This document shows, in pieces, positions 11,657 to 22,198 of a stretch of 64,000 nucleotides of DNA. The stretch is from Prasinococcaceae sp. CCMP 1430 (Eukaryota; Plantae; Prasinodermophyta), in the NCBI GenBank assembly GCA_013416795.1, contig RQSC01000014.1, positions 581,699-645,698 of the forward strand, read 5' to 3'. A model generated the notes under the pieces. That model was given only the letters and a program-made list of their open reading frames with translations, had not been told where the DNA came from and made no database searches. How positions within the stretch are numbered: the stretch's first letter is position 1; every line of letters begins with the position of its first letter. The position numbers were made by a program, and so were the translations under genes.

Positions 11657-13129
11657 TTACTTGGTGGTCTTGGCCCTCTTCGCAGCCGGGACGTCGGCGC
11701 CGGCGGCGTTGCGGTCAAAATGCGAGCGCAAGCCCTGCCAGCACTTGTAGTAGTCTGCGTCGCGGTGGTCCGCACTGAGGGCGTGCGGAGCGATGCGTGG
11801 CGTGGCATTCACCTCGAACATGAAGGCCAGGGTGTCGTCCGGTAGCCGGTGCGGAGGGTCCTGGTTGTCGCCTCCACGACCGCGCGCGACTTCGGTCTCG
11901 AACGAGGTCGTATCAGGTCCGTGCGGCGTCATGCACATGTGCAGGCTTGCGCCTCCCGGCTGAAAGCCACCCTTGCCGGCCTCCTTGGCCTCGTACTCGC
12001 CGCGGATGAGCCCCATGAATTCGTTCATGGCGTTGCGGTGATAGTACGGCGGCCTGAAGGTAGCGACGCTCACGCTCCACCTGGGCGGAAAGATGACGAA
12101 GTCGGCGACGGCGGTGCCGGGCGTTGCGGATGGTACCGTCAGCACTGTGAAGATGGAGGGATCCGGGTGGTCGAACATCACGGCGTTCACTGGGCAGAAC
12201 TTGCTGAGGTCGTACTTATACGGGTAGTAGTTGCCATGCCACGCCACGACATTGAATGGCGAAAATGGCTGGCGCGCCTCGAAGAGCTGCCCCTCGAATT
12301 TGTGCAGCACTCTGAAGCCACCGCCCCCCCTCGACATGTCATGTCGCTCGTCCGTCTCCTCGAACCACGCCTCGGGCGCGTGAAAGTCGCGCTCCGCCGC
12401 CAGGCCATTCGCGCCAATCGGCCCCAGATTGGGCAGCTCGAACCTCCCCGAGTACACCTCCAGAATATAGCCCCTCGCGGCGGTGCTCCCGGAGGCACCG
12501 GGCTCAAGCTTCACAGCGAAGCGGACGCCGCGCGGCATCACGCAAATCTCGGTCGGGGCCACGCGCAGCCTTCCGAACTCGCTCTTGATCCGCAGCGCGC
12601 CCTGCTGTGGCACGATGAGGAACTCACCGTCCGCGTTGCACAGGCAGCAGTCGTCCATGGACTTGTTGCACGCGTACATGTGCATCGCGTAGCCGCTCTT
12701 ATCAGCGCTGCTACCTGCACCGCACATCGAGTACAGGCCTCGCACGAAGTCGGTCGGCGCGTCCGGGCCGGGCACTTCGAGCGGGTCCCAGCGCAGCTGG
12801 TTAGGAGTAAGGTGGGCCTTGCCGAAGTCGCCGACGAGCTTCTCGGGCGTAGGTGCCGGCGCAAAGGGCTCGTGCGTCACGCTCGGGCGGATGCGGTACA
12901 GCCAGGCCTTGAAGTTGTCCTTGCGTGCCATCGTGAACGCGGTGCCGCTGAGCTGCTCGGCGTAGAGCCCGTACGCGCACACGCGCGGGTTGTTGCCGCG
13001 CGCCGGCAGCGCGCCGGGCAGCGCCTCGCTCGAGAAGGTGTTGCCGAAGCCGCTCTGGTAGCTCAGGTCGGCCCACTCGCAGGCGCCCTTGTCCGCAGGC
13101 ACGCCCATATCGATCGCCCCGCTCCCCAT
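11657..13129 (-). CDS. HGD: Homogentisate 1,2-dioxygenase
   Basis: YQSGFGN, LYAEQLSGTAFT, WLYRIRPSV, NQLRW, GPIGANGLA, FDHPDPSIFTVLT, FRPPYYHRN, PHGPD, LAFMFE. Confidence 0.97.
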   Translation of the reverse strand: MGSGAIDMGVPADKGACEWADLSYQSGFGNTFSSEALPGALPARGNNPRVCAYGLYAEQLSGTAFTMARKDNFKAWLYRIRPSVTHEPFAPAPTPEKLVGDFGKAHLTPNQLRWDPLEVPGPDAPTDFVRGLYSMCGAGSSADKSGYAMHMYACNKSMDDCCLCNADGEFLIVPQQGALRIKSEFGRLRVAPTEICVMPRGVRFAVKLEPGASGSTAARGYILEVYSGRFELPNLGPIGANGLAAERDFHAPEAWFEETDERHDMSRGGGGFRVLHKFEGQLFEARQPFSPFNVVAWHGNYYPYKYDLSKFCPVNAVMFDHPDPSIFTVLTVPSATPGTAVADFVIFPPRWSVSVATFRPPYYHRNAMNEFMGLIRGEYEAKEAGKGGFQPGGASLHMCMTPHGPDTTSFETEVARGRGGDNQDPPHRLPDDTLAFMFEVNATPRIAPHALSADHRDADYYKCWQGLRSHFDRNAAGADVPAAKRAKTTK

Positions 13130-15383
13130 CGCCGCGCGTTCCCCCGGCCGGTGCCCCCCCCCTTCCCCCCCCCCCTCGCGCCCGCGCCCGCGCCGCCACG
13201 CGGCCGTCTGCGAGGCGCCCCTCACGGGCGGCCGCCTCGCCGGAAGCGGAGCGCTTGCCTCTCTTCCTCCCTCCCTCCCTCCCTCCTCGGTCGCCTCCCC
13301 CCACACACACGCGCCGGCGCCGGCGCGACACGGACGCCCGCGGCCCGCGCGGGCCGACCGCCGGCGCGCGCGCGCTGTGGCGCAGCGCGCTCTTTGCCCA
13401 GTCGCTCATCAGATCTTTTTTCCCCCCTCTCCTTTTTTGTTGGCTTCTGCCACGGCAGCGCGCACGGAAAGAACATGCACACGTGTGCACCGGCCGGGCA
13501 CACATCGATGTGGGCCATCAGTCGAACGCCGGCGACGCGACGGACGCACCCATTCGATCGACCCTCGCGGGGCCCGCCTAGCGCAGACCTCCCCTGCTGT
13601 GGCGCTCGCTCGCTAGAGAGAGCATCGTGATGGTGCAGTACTAGGACTAGCCATTAGTCTAGATGCACCCTTATTGAAAAGCATGTAGGCATGTGTTTAT
13701 CCCACGGGAGAGTTTTAAAAAAAAACGCGCCACCCGGTGCGCGTTCGAGTGCCCGAGTTCGGCCTCCCCCTTCCCCCCCGCGCCCGGGCGAGCCAGCTGG
13801 CCTGTCCGGCGTGGATCCGGCCGCGCGGGGCGCGCGCGGGGGGCCGTGCGCGGGATCGCTCGGGGAGGATTCGAATCGGGGGTTCGGGGGCGCGTTCGGG
13901 GCGGCTCCGGCCGGTCTCGCTCGCGTTTGCGACGCGCCAATCGGCGGGCGAGGTTCAAAGTGATGGCGAGGGCTCGGACATGGGTGGGAGCCGAGCCGCA
14001 TGGGAGGGCAGTCCTTCTTGAGAGAGAGAGAGGGAGAGGGAGAGGGGGGCCCGACGAGGGCCGCGAGGAGTCCTGCTGCCCGGCCTCCTCGGCCGCGGCG
14101 TGGCGCCACAGGGCACACTCGGGGCGCGGCGCCCCGAGCGCGCTCCCCCCGCCCGCACGAGCACGCTGCCCCGCAGCCATCGAGGGGGCCGCCGCGCGAT
14201 CCGCCCGCGCGCGCGCTCGGCGCCCCGCAAAGAGGGTCTGGAAAAGTCCGCCCCCATAGCTCACATGGCATTCAAAGACGCGGGCGCCGCGCGGGGGGGA
14301 AGGGGGCGGGAGGGTTAAGGTTTCGATCGAAACCCCAAATGCAGCGGGGCGCGCGCGCGCGCGTGGCGCGACGGGGGCGCGCCGCGGAAGCGCGCGATCG
14401 AATTATGGGAATCCCGTTAAAAGTAATTACAAAATTATATCTTAGAGACCTTTAACGCGCTTCGAAAATGAAACGGGGAAAACGGGGCGTCGCGTGCGTG
14501 TGTGTGGCCAGAAGAGCGCGCCCCCGCCGAGGCCCAAAAAAAAAACGCGGCCGAAAATATAAAATCAAAATCAAAATGTGAGCACCGCCGTCGGCCCAAC
14601 GACAACCGCCTTCTGCGCTTCCGGAGGTTTTCGACGCGCGTTGACGCGTTTTTTGCAGCTCAATTCTTGAAAATAATTCGCGGAAGATCGGTCGAAATCG
14701 GCGTCGGCACCCGCCGGTCAAAAAGCACACGGGCGTGGAAAAGTGCACCGGCGTCGCATCGCGCCCGATCGGCTCCGTGGGAGGCATGGAATCCAAGATG
14801 TCGGAATCCATTGGATTCCATATTTCAGTGCGGGGGGAAATAAGTTCAAGTGATATTAGAATGATTCGATGGATACGCCGGCATCTGCGCATGCGCCGGC
14901 GCGCGCGCGCGCGACGCACACAACGACGGCGTGCGCCGCTGGCGCCCCGCGTGCCAGCCAGTGCGCGGGCGGGCGACGGGCGGGTAGTTGAGAGGCCGGG
15001 GCAGGTGAGGGGAGGGAGGGGGGTGGAGGGGAGGATCGAGGGCGCGGTGCCTGGCGGTTGGCAAGGGGGGGTTCGAGCGCTCGGCTGCGCGCTGGCGCGC
15101 GGCGCGCCGGCGAGCCGCGTTCGCCGAGTTGGCTCGTCGCAGTCGGCGGGGGCCGGGGAGGCTCCGTCAGGCAGTGGCGCGGCGGGGCACCGCCAGCCGC
15201 CGGCTGCCCGCGCGAGGGCCGGGCCTGGGCGGGCCAGACGGGCGAGGCTTAGGCTGGGTGCCGCTCAGGGGTTGGGCGCGCGGGCGAAAGAGCTCGGGCG
15301 CGGCGACACGAGAGCATTGACGCCGTTGCCGAGAGGTCCCGTGCCGAATCCGTCGCCGCCAGAGCGCGCGAGCAGTTGTAGCC

Positions 15384-16413
15384 ATGGCGGGGGATGAGCA
15401 CTACTGGCCGGGCGACGAGGAGGGGAAGCTGAGTGTGGTGACCAGCAAAAACAGCGTAAAGGTGCGCTGCGCGCCTCAATTCGCCGCGTCGCCTAGGCTT
15501 GTCTCCGTCCCACGGACGCGCTTCTGGAGTGTTGTTGGTCAACGCCGTCTCACTCCGCGCCTGGTCAATGCTGGCCCGCACGGCGTGCGCGCGCTGCTCC
15601 TGGGAGGGAATCTCGCCTTCTTTCCGCACGAGCGAGATGCCGTGCGTGGACACTGCCTGGTCTCTGGCGCGAATTGTCGCGTCCGCGTCCGCGCTGCTCA
15701 CTAACCCGCCCCGCTCCCGTCCTCCCGCATGACCCCCTCTCCCCCCACACACACACCCGTCACCCCCCCCGCGCGTGCGTGCGCCAACCGCGCAGGTCAT
15801 CCTGCTGGGCGACTCCGCGGTGGGCAAGTCGAAGCTGGTGGAGCGCTTTCTGATGGATGGCTTCGCCCCGCAGCAGCTGTCCACGTACGCGCTCACGCTC
15901 TTCCGATACAACTACAAGGTGCCGGGCGATGCGGACCCGACGGCGGACGGTGCTCTGACGGGCAAGACCGTGCCCGTTGACATCTGGGACACCGCGGGGC
16001 AGGAGCGCTTCTCGACCTTGCACCCGAGCTACTTCTACAAGGCGCATGCGTGCATCATGGTTTTTGACGTCACGCGCAAGGCGACGTACAAGCACCTCGA
16101 GAGATGGCATCAGGCGCTGCAGGAGTACGCGCCTGACATCCCCACGTTCGTTGTGGCCAACAAGGTCGACGTGGACTACTCGGTGACGCAGCGGTCGTTT
16201 GCGTGGCCCACCAAGCACAGGCTGCCCTTCTTCTTCGTCAGTGCTGCAGACGGGACGAATGTGGTCAAGGCTTTCCACGCGGCGGTCGCGGCTGGGCTCA
16301 GGCGCAAGGAGTGCCCGCCTGAGGACGTGTACAACGATATCCTCAATCTATTGGAGGAAGACCAACTCGGGGAGGGCACGCGAGGCAACGTGAGCCTCAT
16401 AGGCAGCGCCTAA
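15384..16413 (+). CDS. RABL2: Rab-like protein 2 small GTPase; exons 15384-15461, 15796-16413
   Basis: VK|VILLGDSAVGKSKLVERFLMD..QQLSTYALTLF, WDTAGQERF, NKVD, VSAADGTNVV. No C-terminal CC prenylation motif. GTGCGC..ACTAAC..GCAG intron. Confidence 0.9.
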
Positions 16414-16895
16414 GCGAGGCGGCGCAGGCGCGGCAACCTGAGTGGGGGAGGTCACGGGCGGTGCCCCTTGCAGACGTCGGGGGCGCGCGCGCGTGCGCTG
16501 CGGAGTCGAGTGCGGACCACACAATCTCATTCTTAAAACACACACAAGCACCCTACCACCGCCCGTCTGGGGCGGGTGTGTACCACCCGAGCGCGCTGCA
16601 GAGGCGCCGCTGGGGATGCCATCGCGATGTGCGCAGAGTGCGGCGCGCGCTGAAGTGCTGCCCTCGTGCTGTGCTCTTTGGCCGCGTGAGGGGGCTCACG
16701 CGTGCCACTCCTCCGCCAAGCGGCTTGATCCCGACACGCATTTTGCGAGGCTGTGCGGCCACTGCTCGCGGGGGGCGCCACACTGCGCGCGTGTCCCAGC
16801 AGGCGCATGGTGCGGAGAGGGCGTCACGCAGACGCGACGGGGCGCTGCGAGGGCATTCGCTCGCTGGCACGGCGCCAGGTGCGCATGCGCGCGTG

Positions 16896-18581
16896 ATGGC
16901 TGCGGAATGCGCTGGGGGAACTGCGGGGGGCGCGAGAGTCTTGGCACAGCCCGGCCAGCGGGGACGGCGGAGCGGGCGGCCGCACGCGCCACGGCCGCGG
17001 CAGTTGCAGAGGCGGCGACATCATCGCTCCACAGCACGCCAGCCAACGCATGCGCGACAGCAGGCGCCGTCAGTGACTCTTGAGAGCGCCGGCGTCGGGG
17101 GCATCGCCGTCGGGGCCCTCGTGTGCGCTCCGGCGCACACGCAGGCAGCGCGCGAGGCGTTGATCGCAGCGGGTGCGACACTGAGGAAGGATGGGGTCAC
17201 GCCATTCGAGCCTTCGCTGTGGGCACCTGCAGACCCGGCTGAGGCTGATGCGCTCGGCCGCACATTGAGCGTGGCGCGTAGCTCGCCCACGCTCTTCGCA
17301 GTGCACGCATCGCATGGCGGCGACTTCGACGCGCCGCTGCTGCTCTGCCCTGATGCGATGCCGCCGGGCGCGTCGTGGGCGTGGGTACGCGGCCTGCGCA
17401 TGAACTCGGTCGCGTGCGCGCACCACCGACCGACGAGCGAGGGTTGTGAAGGGTTCTCGCACTCACACGGACACCGCACGCGCCCATCGCGGCGACAGCA
17501 GCAGCACACTGAGGCGGTTGCCGCTTTTGAGGCGACCGCGCGAGCGGGCGGGACGCCGCACGTGCCGGCGTCGTGTGCCGCGTGCGCCGAGCCACGCTTC
17601 ACGTTCGCAGAGCTCTTTGCAGGCATCGGCGGTTTTCGCCTCGCGCTGCAGCGCACCGGTGGCGAGTGCGTGTTCGCTTCTGAGCTGGACACGCAGGCGC
17701 GCGCAACGTACGCGGCCAACTTCGGCCCGGACATGGCACTCTACGGCGACATCACCGAAGTGCGCGACGCAGAGCTGCCCGCGAGGTGCGATATGGTGGT
17801 GGGCGGGTTCCCCTGCCAGTCTTTCTCAGCCCGTGGCGAGCGCATGGGGCTCGAAGATCCGCGCGGCCGGCTCTACCTCGAGGTGGTGAGAGCCATGAAA
17901 GTGTGTCAGCCGCGCGCCGTGCTCCTAGAGAATGTCGAGAATCTGCTACACGTGAGCGACGGCCGGGCGCTCGAAGCCATTGTGGACGACCTTGAGGGCG
18001 CAGGCTACCGCGTGCGGACGCAGGTCGTCGATGCGTTGCACTACGTACCCCAGCACCGCAAGCGACTGTGGTTCGTAGCGTTCAGGGAGGACGTCGCCGC
18101 GCGCGCGTTCGAGCGCTTCGAGTGGCCGCACCACACCCCTCCAGCGCCCGGGGGGCCCTTTCCGCATGCTGTCGCAGATGTGCTCGAGCCAGCAGGCTGT
18201 GACTCGGCAGTAGGGTGCGCTCTGAGCGACGAGCACAAAGCAGTCATCGCGAAGCGTTGTGGTGTCACCGCAGACGGCCATCCACGCTACCGGAGCGCCC
18301 CCCAGGGCTTTCCCGCACGGACGCTCATCGCCTCGTACAAGTCGCAAAGCGCGTACTACGCAGAGCTCGTCGCGGACGCGACAGCCCAAGGCCCTGGCGA
18401 GCCAAGGTACTACACGCCCCGCGAGTGCGCGCGCATCATGGGCTTCCCTGAGGACTTCAGATTGCCCGAGAACAACCGAGCGTACCACCAATTGGGCAAC
18501 GCGGTCGTGCCGCAGGTGGTCGAGGCGCTCACCAGAGCTATCGTGGATGCTTTAGAGATGGATGATGGTCCACCGTCGTGA
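16896..18581 (+). CDS. DNA (cytosine-5)-methyltransferase, compact bacterial Dcm-like/DNMT6-like; start uncertain
   Basis: Motif I FAELFAGIGGF, GDI, motif IV GFPCQ, motif VI ENV, motif VIII QHRKR, motif IX TPRECARIMGFP, motif X LGNAV. Confidence 0.9.
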   Translation: MAAECAGGTAGGARVLAQPGQRGRRSGRPHAPRPRQLQRRRHHRSTARQPTHARQQAPSVTLESAGVGGIAVGALVCAPAHTQAAREALIAAGATLRKDGVTPFEPSLWAPADPAEADALGRTLSVARSSPTLFAVHASHGGDFDAPLLLCPDAMPPGASWAWVRGLRMNSVACAHHRPTSEGCEGFSHSHGHRTRPSRRQQQHTEAVAAFEATARAGGTPHVPASCAACAEPRFTFAELFAGIGGFRLALQRTGGECVFASELDTQARATYAANFGPDMALYGDITEVRDAELPARCDMVVGGFPCQSFSARGERMGLEDPRGRLYLEVVRAMKVCQPRAVLLENVENLLHVSDGRALEAIVDDLEGAGYRVRTQVVDALHYVPQHRKRLWFVAFREDVAARAFERFEWPHHTPPAPGGPFPHAVADVLEPAGCDSAVGCALSDEHKAVIAKRCGVTADGHPRYRSAPQGFPARTLIASYKSQSAYYAELVADATAQGPGEPRYYTPRECARIMGFPEDFRLPENNRAYHQLGNAVVPQVVEALTRAIVDALEMDDGPPS

Positions 18582-18649
18582 CTGCATGTATCTAATGACC
18601 CCAAGTATTACCTAAGTCGCGAGGAGGACCGCACGACGTCTCTAGGAAG

Positions 18650-20113
18650 CTAGCAGCGGTTCTGCACATCGCCGAGCGGCGGCGAACGCGGTGCGCGGCG
18701 CCCGCTCTTCGGGCGCGCGCGCGGAGTCACCGCTGGCGCTCCCAGCATTGCCGCGAGGCTCGTGTCCGCTCCGGCCGGTCCTGGCGCACTGGGCAGGTCC
18801 TGATCATCGATTCGAGCCTCCGCCATGGCTCGCGACAGTCGCTCCACCGAAGCTTCTGGCTGCGGCGCGAAGGCCTCGCCCATGGCTGTCGAGTAGGCGT
18901 GCGACAGTGCCATGCCCTGCGAGAGCAGCTTGCCGAGGGCCTTCCGCCGAGGGTCATCGACAGACGGACCCGCCTCGGGTCCCAAGATGTTCAGCAGCGC
19001 GCCAGCGGCGCACCTCTGCGCCTGCATCTCGTCGCCAAACAGGAGGCCCATCAACGCTGGCACGGCGTCGCTCTCCCGTATGAGTTTCCTGCTCGCAGCC
19101 TCTCTGCTCACGTTCTGTTCCAGCGCCCGCCGAGGTGCAGGTGGGCGGCGCGGCCACTTCTGTCAGCGTGCTCGTATTTTCGCAACAGCAGGGGCAACTC
19201 CTGCCCACAGCGCACGCGTGTGAAGGCGGCGCACGCAAAACACATCGGACTGAAAGAGGCCCTTTGTCATCGCACGATCGCCGCTTGCGTGACACACCTG
19301 TAGAGCCCCCGCCGCGCTCGCCGCCACGGCGGGTTGGGGCGACTCCAGCAGCGCGACGAGCAGCGGGATGCCGCCATGCATGCGGACTGCGCGAATGGCC
19401 TCCGCATCCGAGCTCATATTGTGCACCGCGCCTGCAGCGCGCATGCGGACTTTGACGCTCTGGCTCGCCAACATAGCTACGAGCGGTCCCACAGCCCCAC
19501 ACTCCCTGACCGCCTTGCGCCCGTGCGCCTGGTAGCAGATTGACTGGATGGCGCCGGCGGCGTTGGCCTGCGCCGCCAGCGCAGCAGACGGGGCACCCGC
19601 ACTCACTGGTTTGTCCCCGAGCGCGGCGACGGCCGCCGCCGCGGCGCCCTGGCGCAACGCGGCGTCGACGTTCTCGGTTTCGTAGCACGCGTTGAGAAGC
19701 ACATTGGCGGCCTCTGCCGCCACCTCGAGGCTCGACGGGTCGCGCAGGTGTCGCAGCGCGGCCGCGACGCCCTCCTCGCCGAACGCGAGACGGTTTGGGC
19801 GCTTGCGGCACAGCACCTTGAGCGCGCGCAGGGAGAGCAGCGCCAGCTCTGTGTCGATGTCATCGGCTCGTAGGAGGCACAGTAGGCCCTGGAAGGGGTC
19901 CTCCTCGTCTGCTCTGCGGAGGTTCGGCGAGTGCTGCGACTCCTCGTTGGCTCGGACGAAGCCGCCGAGCAAAGCATTGAGCGAGGCGCGATTCGACGCG
20001 GTGGCGGGCGCGCCGGCGAGCAGCGCCGCCTCGAGCGCGTGGCCGCTGCCGTGCGCGCTCAGGAAGGTGTCCACCTTCTCGAACGACGCCCACTGCTCCG
20101 CGCCCTCCGCCAT
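18650..20113 (-). CDS. Armadillo-repeat protein; exons 20113-19298, 19114-18650
   Basis: Repeated GxxxPLVxLL...AAGAxxN units. Splicing ALQ|NVSRE across a GT..AG intron (19115-19297) restores an ARM repeat. Confidence 0.8.
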
Positions 20114-20635
20114 GCTGCCCGCGTCCGCCCGCCCGCCCGCCCGCCCGCCCGGGGGGGTGGCGACGGGCCGCATTTGGCGCGAGCGCGGACCGACTCGGCC
20201 GGCCGACCGGGCCCGCGCCGCCAAAAAAAAAAAGCACGCCAAAAAAAAAAAGGCGAAACCTCAACCTCCGCGGGACCCCCCCAGTCAAAGCGCACGCAAC
20301 TCCGACCTTATGGGGACCCTGACGGCGTGACCGCAAAGGGGCGCATACAGTACTGTGTAAGGGTGGGCGGCGTCAGAGCCGGAGCCGCCGGGGGATCCCA
20401 CTGCTCCGCCCGCGTCGGCGCTGACCCCAAACCTCCCCGACGCCCGCCGCGGCGCTCCCGCGTGCCGCGCGACCTCCGTACCCGAACGCGGCGCGAGGCC
20501 TCGCGGACCCTGCGGACCCTGTCGTGCCCGTGGCGCCGCGCGGGTGGATCACGCGGCGCGCCGCGTGGCGCCCGACGCGTCGGCCGTCCTGCGCGCAGCA
20601 GTCCCACGCCGTGGCGGCGGAAGAGGACCAATAGC

Positions 20636-20772
20636 CGAATAGGAATAGGAATAGGAATAGGAATAGACTAGCTAGACTAGGGACTACTGTACAGTCAGCC
20701 CCAACACATCCGGGAGGTCCCATCGAGCTTCCCCCGGAATAGGAATACTGGAATAGGAATAGGAATAGGAAT
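20636..20772. repeat. Two (GGAATA)n hexamer tracts with GACTAG motifs
   Basis: gaataggaataggaatag... at about 20636-20666 and 20736-20772. Confidence 0.85.
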
Positions 20773-20917
20773 ATGAGTTTACAATGGACTAGACTAGTCC
20801 TGCTCCTGCCCCGGTATACAATATTCCATTTGTGCTCAAAAGTACCCACGGGCGATCACATAAATGCATCCACTCGCTGCTGTACAGTCAGCCCCAACAC
20901 ATCCGCGAGGTCCCATC
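20687..20917 (+). repeat. 38-bp direct repeat (20687-20724, 20880-20917; 1 mismatch), possible DNA-transposon terminus relic
   Basis: ctgtacagtcagccccaacacatccg[g/c]gaggtcccatc occurs twice. Confidence 0.8.
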
Positions 20918-21300
20918 ATGCTCCCCCCCCCTGGCGTTTCAGACCAACGCATGTATTCTACGTCAAACGGGTGACCGTTGCTGGCACAAGCAAAACCTGA
21001 TATCGACCAAAAAATCGACAAAAAAAAACAAAATCCACTCGCCCGTGGGGATCAGGGCGCCGGGGGCGCGTCAAACGGGGAGGAGCTCGCGTAAAGAGAA
21101 ACGAGGGCACCCGTTTGAGGTAGAATGTGCATGCTCGTCCCGAGTTGGGGTTGGAATCATTTTATATCAAATTGAGACAGCCCTCGGAAGGGTTTAGTGT
21201 TAACCCTTCTAGCAAAATGACACATCAAAACACACGAAAATGAGGACGGAGGGGACCAAAAAATTGCTTGGTCAATTGGAAAGTAACCCGAACTCACAGC

Positions 21301-21340
21301 AAAATGATCCAAAATGAATCAAAATGAACCAAAATGATAC
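21301..21340. repeat. Four copies of a 10-bp unit AAAATGA(T/A)NC
   Basis: aaaatgatcc aaaatgaatc aaaatgaacc aaaatgatac. Confidence 0.8.
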
Positions 21341-22198
21341 GTATAAATGCATTAAGACGCGAACCCTACAACCGTAATGCGCACGCCCGCGCACGTTGGC
21401 AACAAAAAACAACAAAAAGATTGAAGGGTCCCTCTCAACGCATTCTGACCTATCTATTCTTTTTGTTTTTGACGCTATCGGTAATTTGATGTGAAATGGG
21501 GGCGACGCGTCGCGCCAACGGCAACTGGCCGTGGCGCTCCAAAATTGCATCCAATTTTAGATCAACCTGAGTGCGTTCACTTTGACGTACGGAAGGCCCG
21601 AGCGCGCCGAGGGCGGCCTCGGACGGCGCCGCGGGCGGCCTCGCGGGCGTCGCCGGCGGTGCCGCCAAAAAAAAAAAAAAGGAAAACGAAAAACGCGTCC
21701 GGAAAAGTTCCAGGGAAGAACTGGCAATTGAATTCGATACGACCCGCACTTTGAAAAAAAAAACTTTCGGAATGACCTCTCGAGGTCACTCTGCATGCGC
21801 GTGTGAAGCAATGAGGCATCCGAATCAATCGAGCGGTGCGTTAGAGTTGCGGTCGGCGTGCCGGGCCATCAAAACGCACGCGCGCCGCTCGCGCCGAACG
21901 GCGCGGCGCGCGGCGCGCCATCAAAACGCACGCGCGCTCGGCGCGAGCGCGCGCTCCCGCGGAGCAGAGGCACACCGCGCGCGGCACGCGCCCCCCCCCC
22001 CTCACCCTCACCCGCACCGGAGGCCCAGCCCGATCGGCGTCACCGCGTCGCGACCGCGGTCTGTCCCGGAGGACGAGCCTCTGACCGGCGTCCGCGCGTG
22101 CATCGCTCGCTCGCGCGCGGGGGGGAGGCGGGTGCAGGAGCGCGGTCGGCGGCGGGCGCGCGGCCGATTTTTTCGCGCGCTCGACAGAGACAGACGAA

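Noticed and set aside
20630-20920. CRISPR array or telomeric repeat
   Set aside because: Only two 38-bp copies about 155 nt apart, no cas genes, and GGAATA is not a TTTAGGG/TTAGGG-type repeat.
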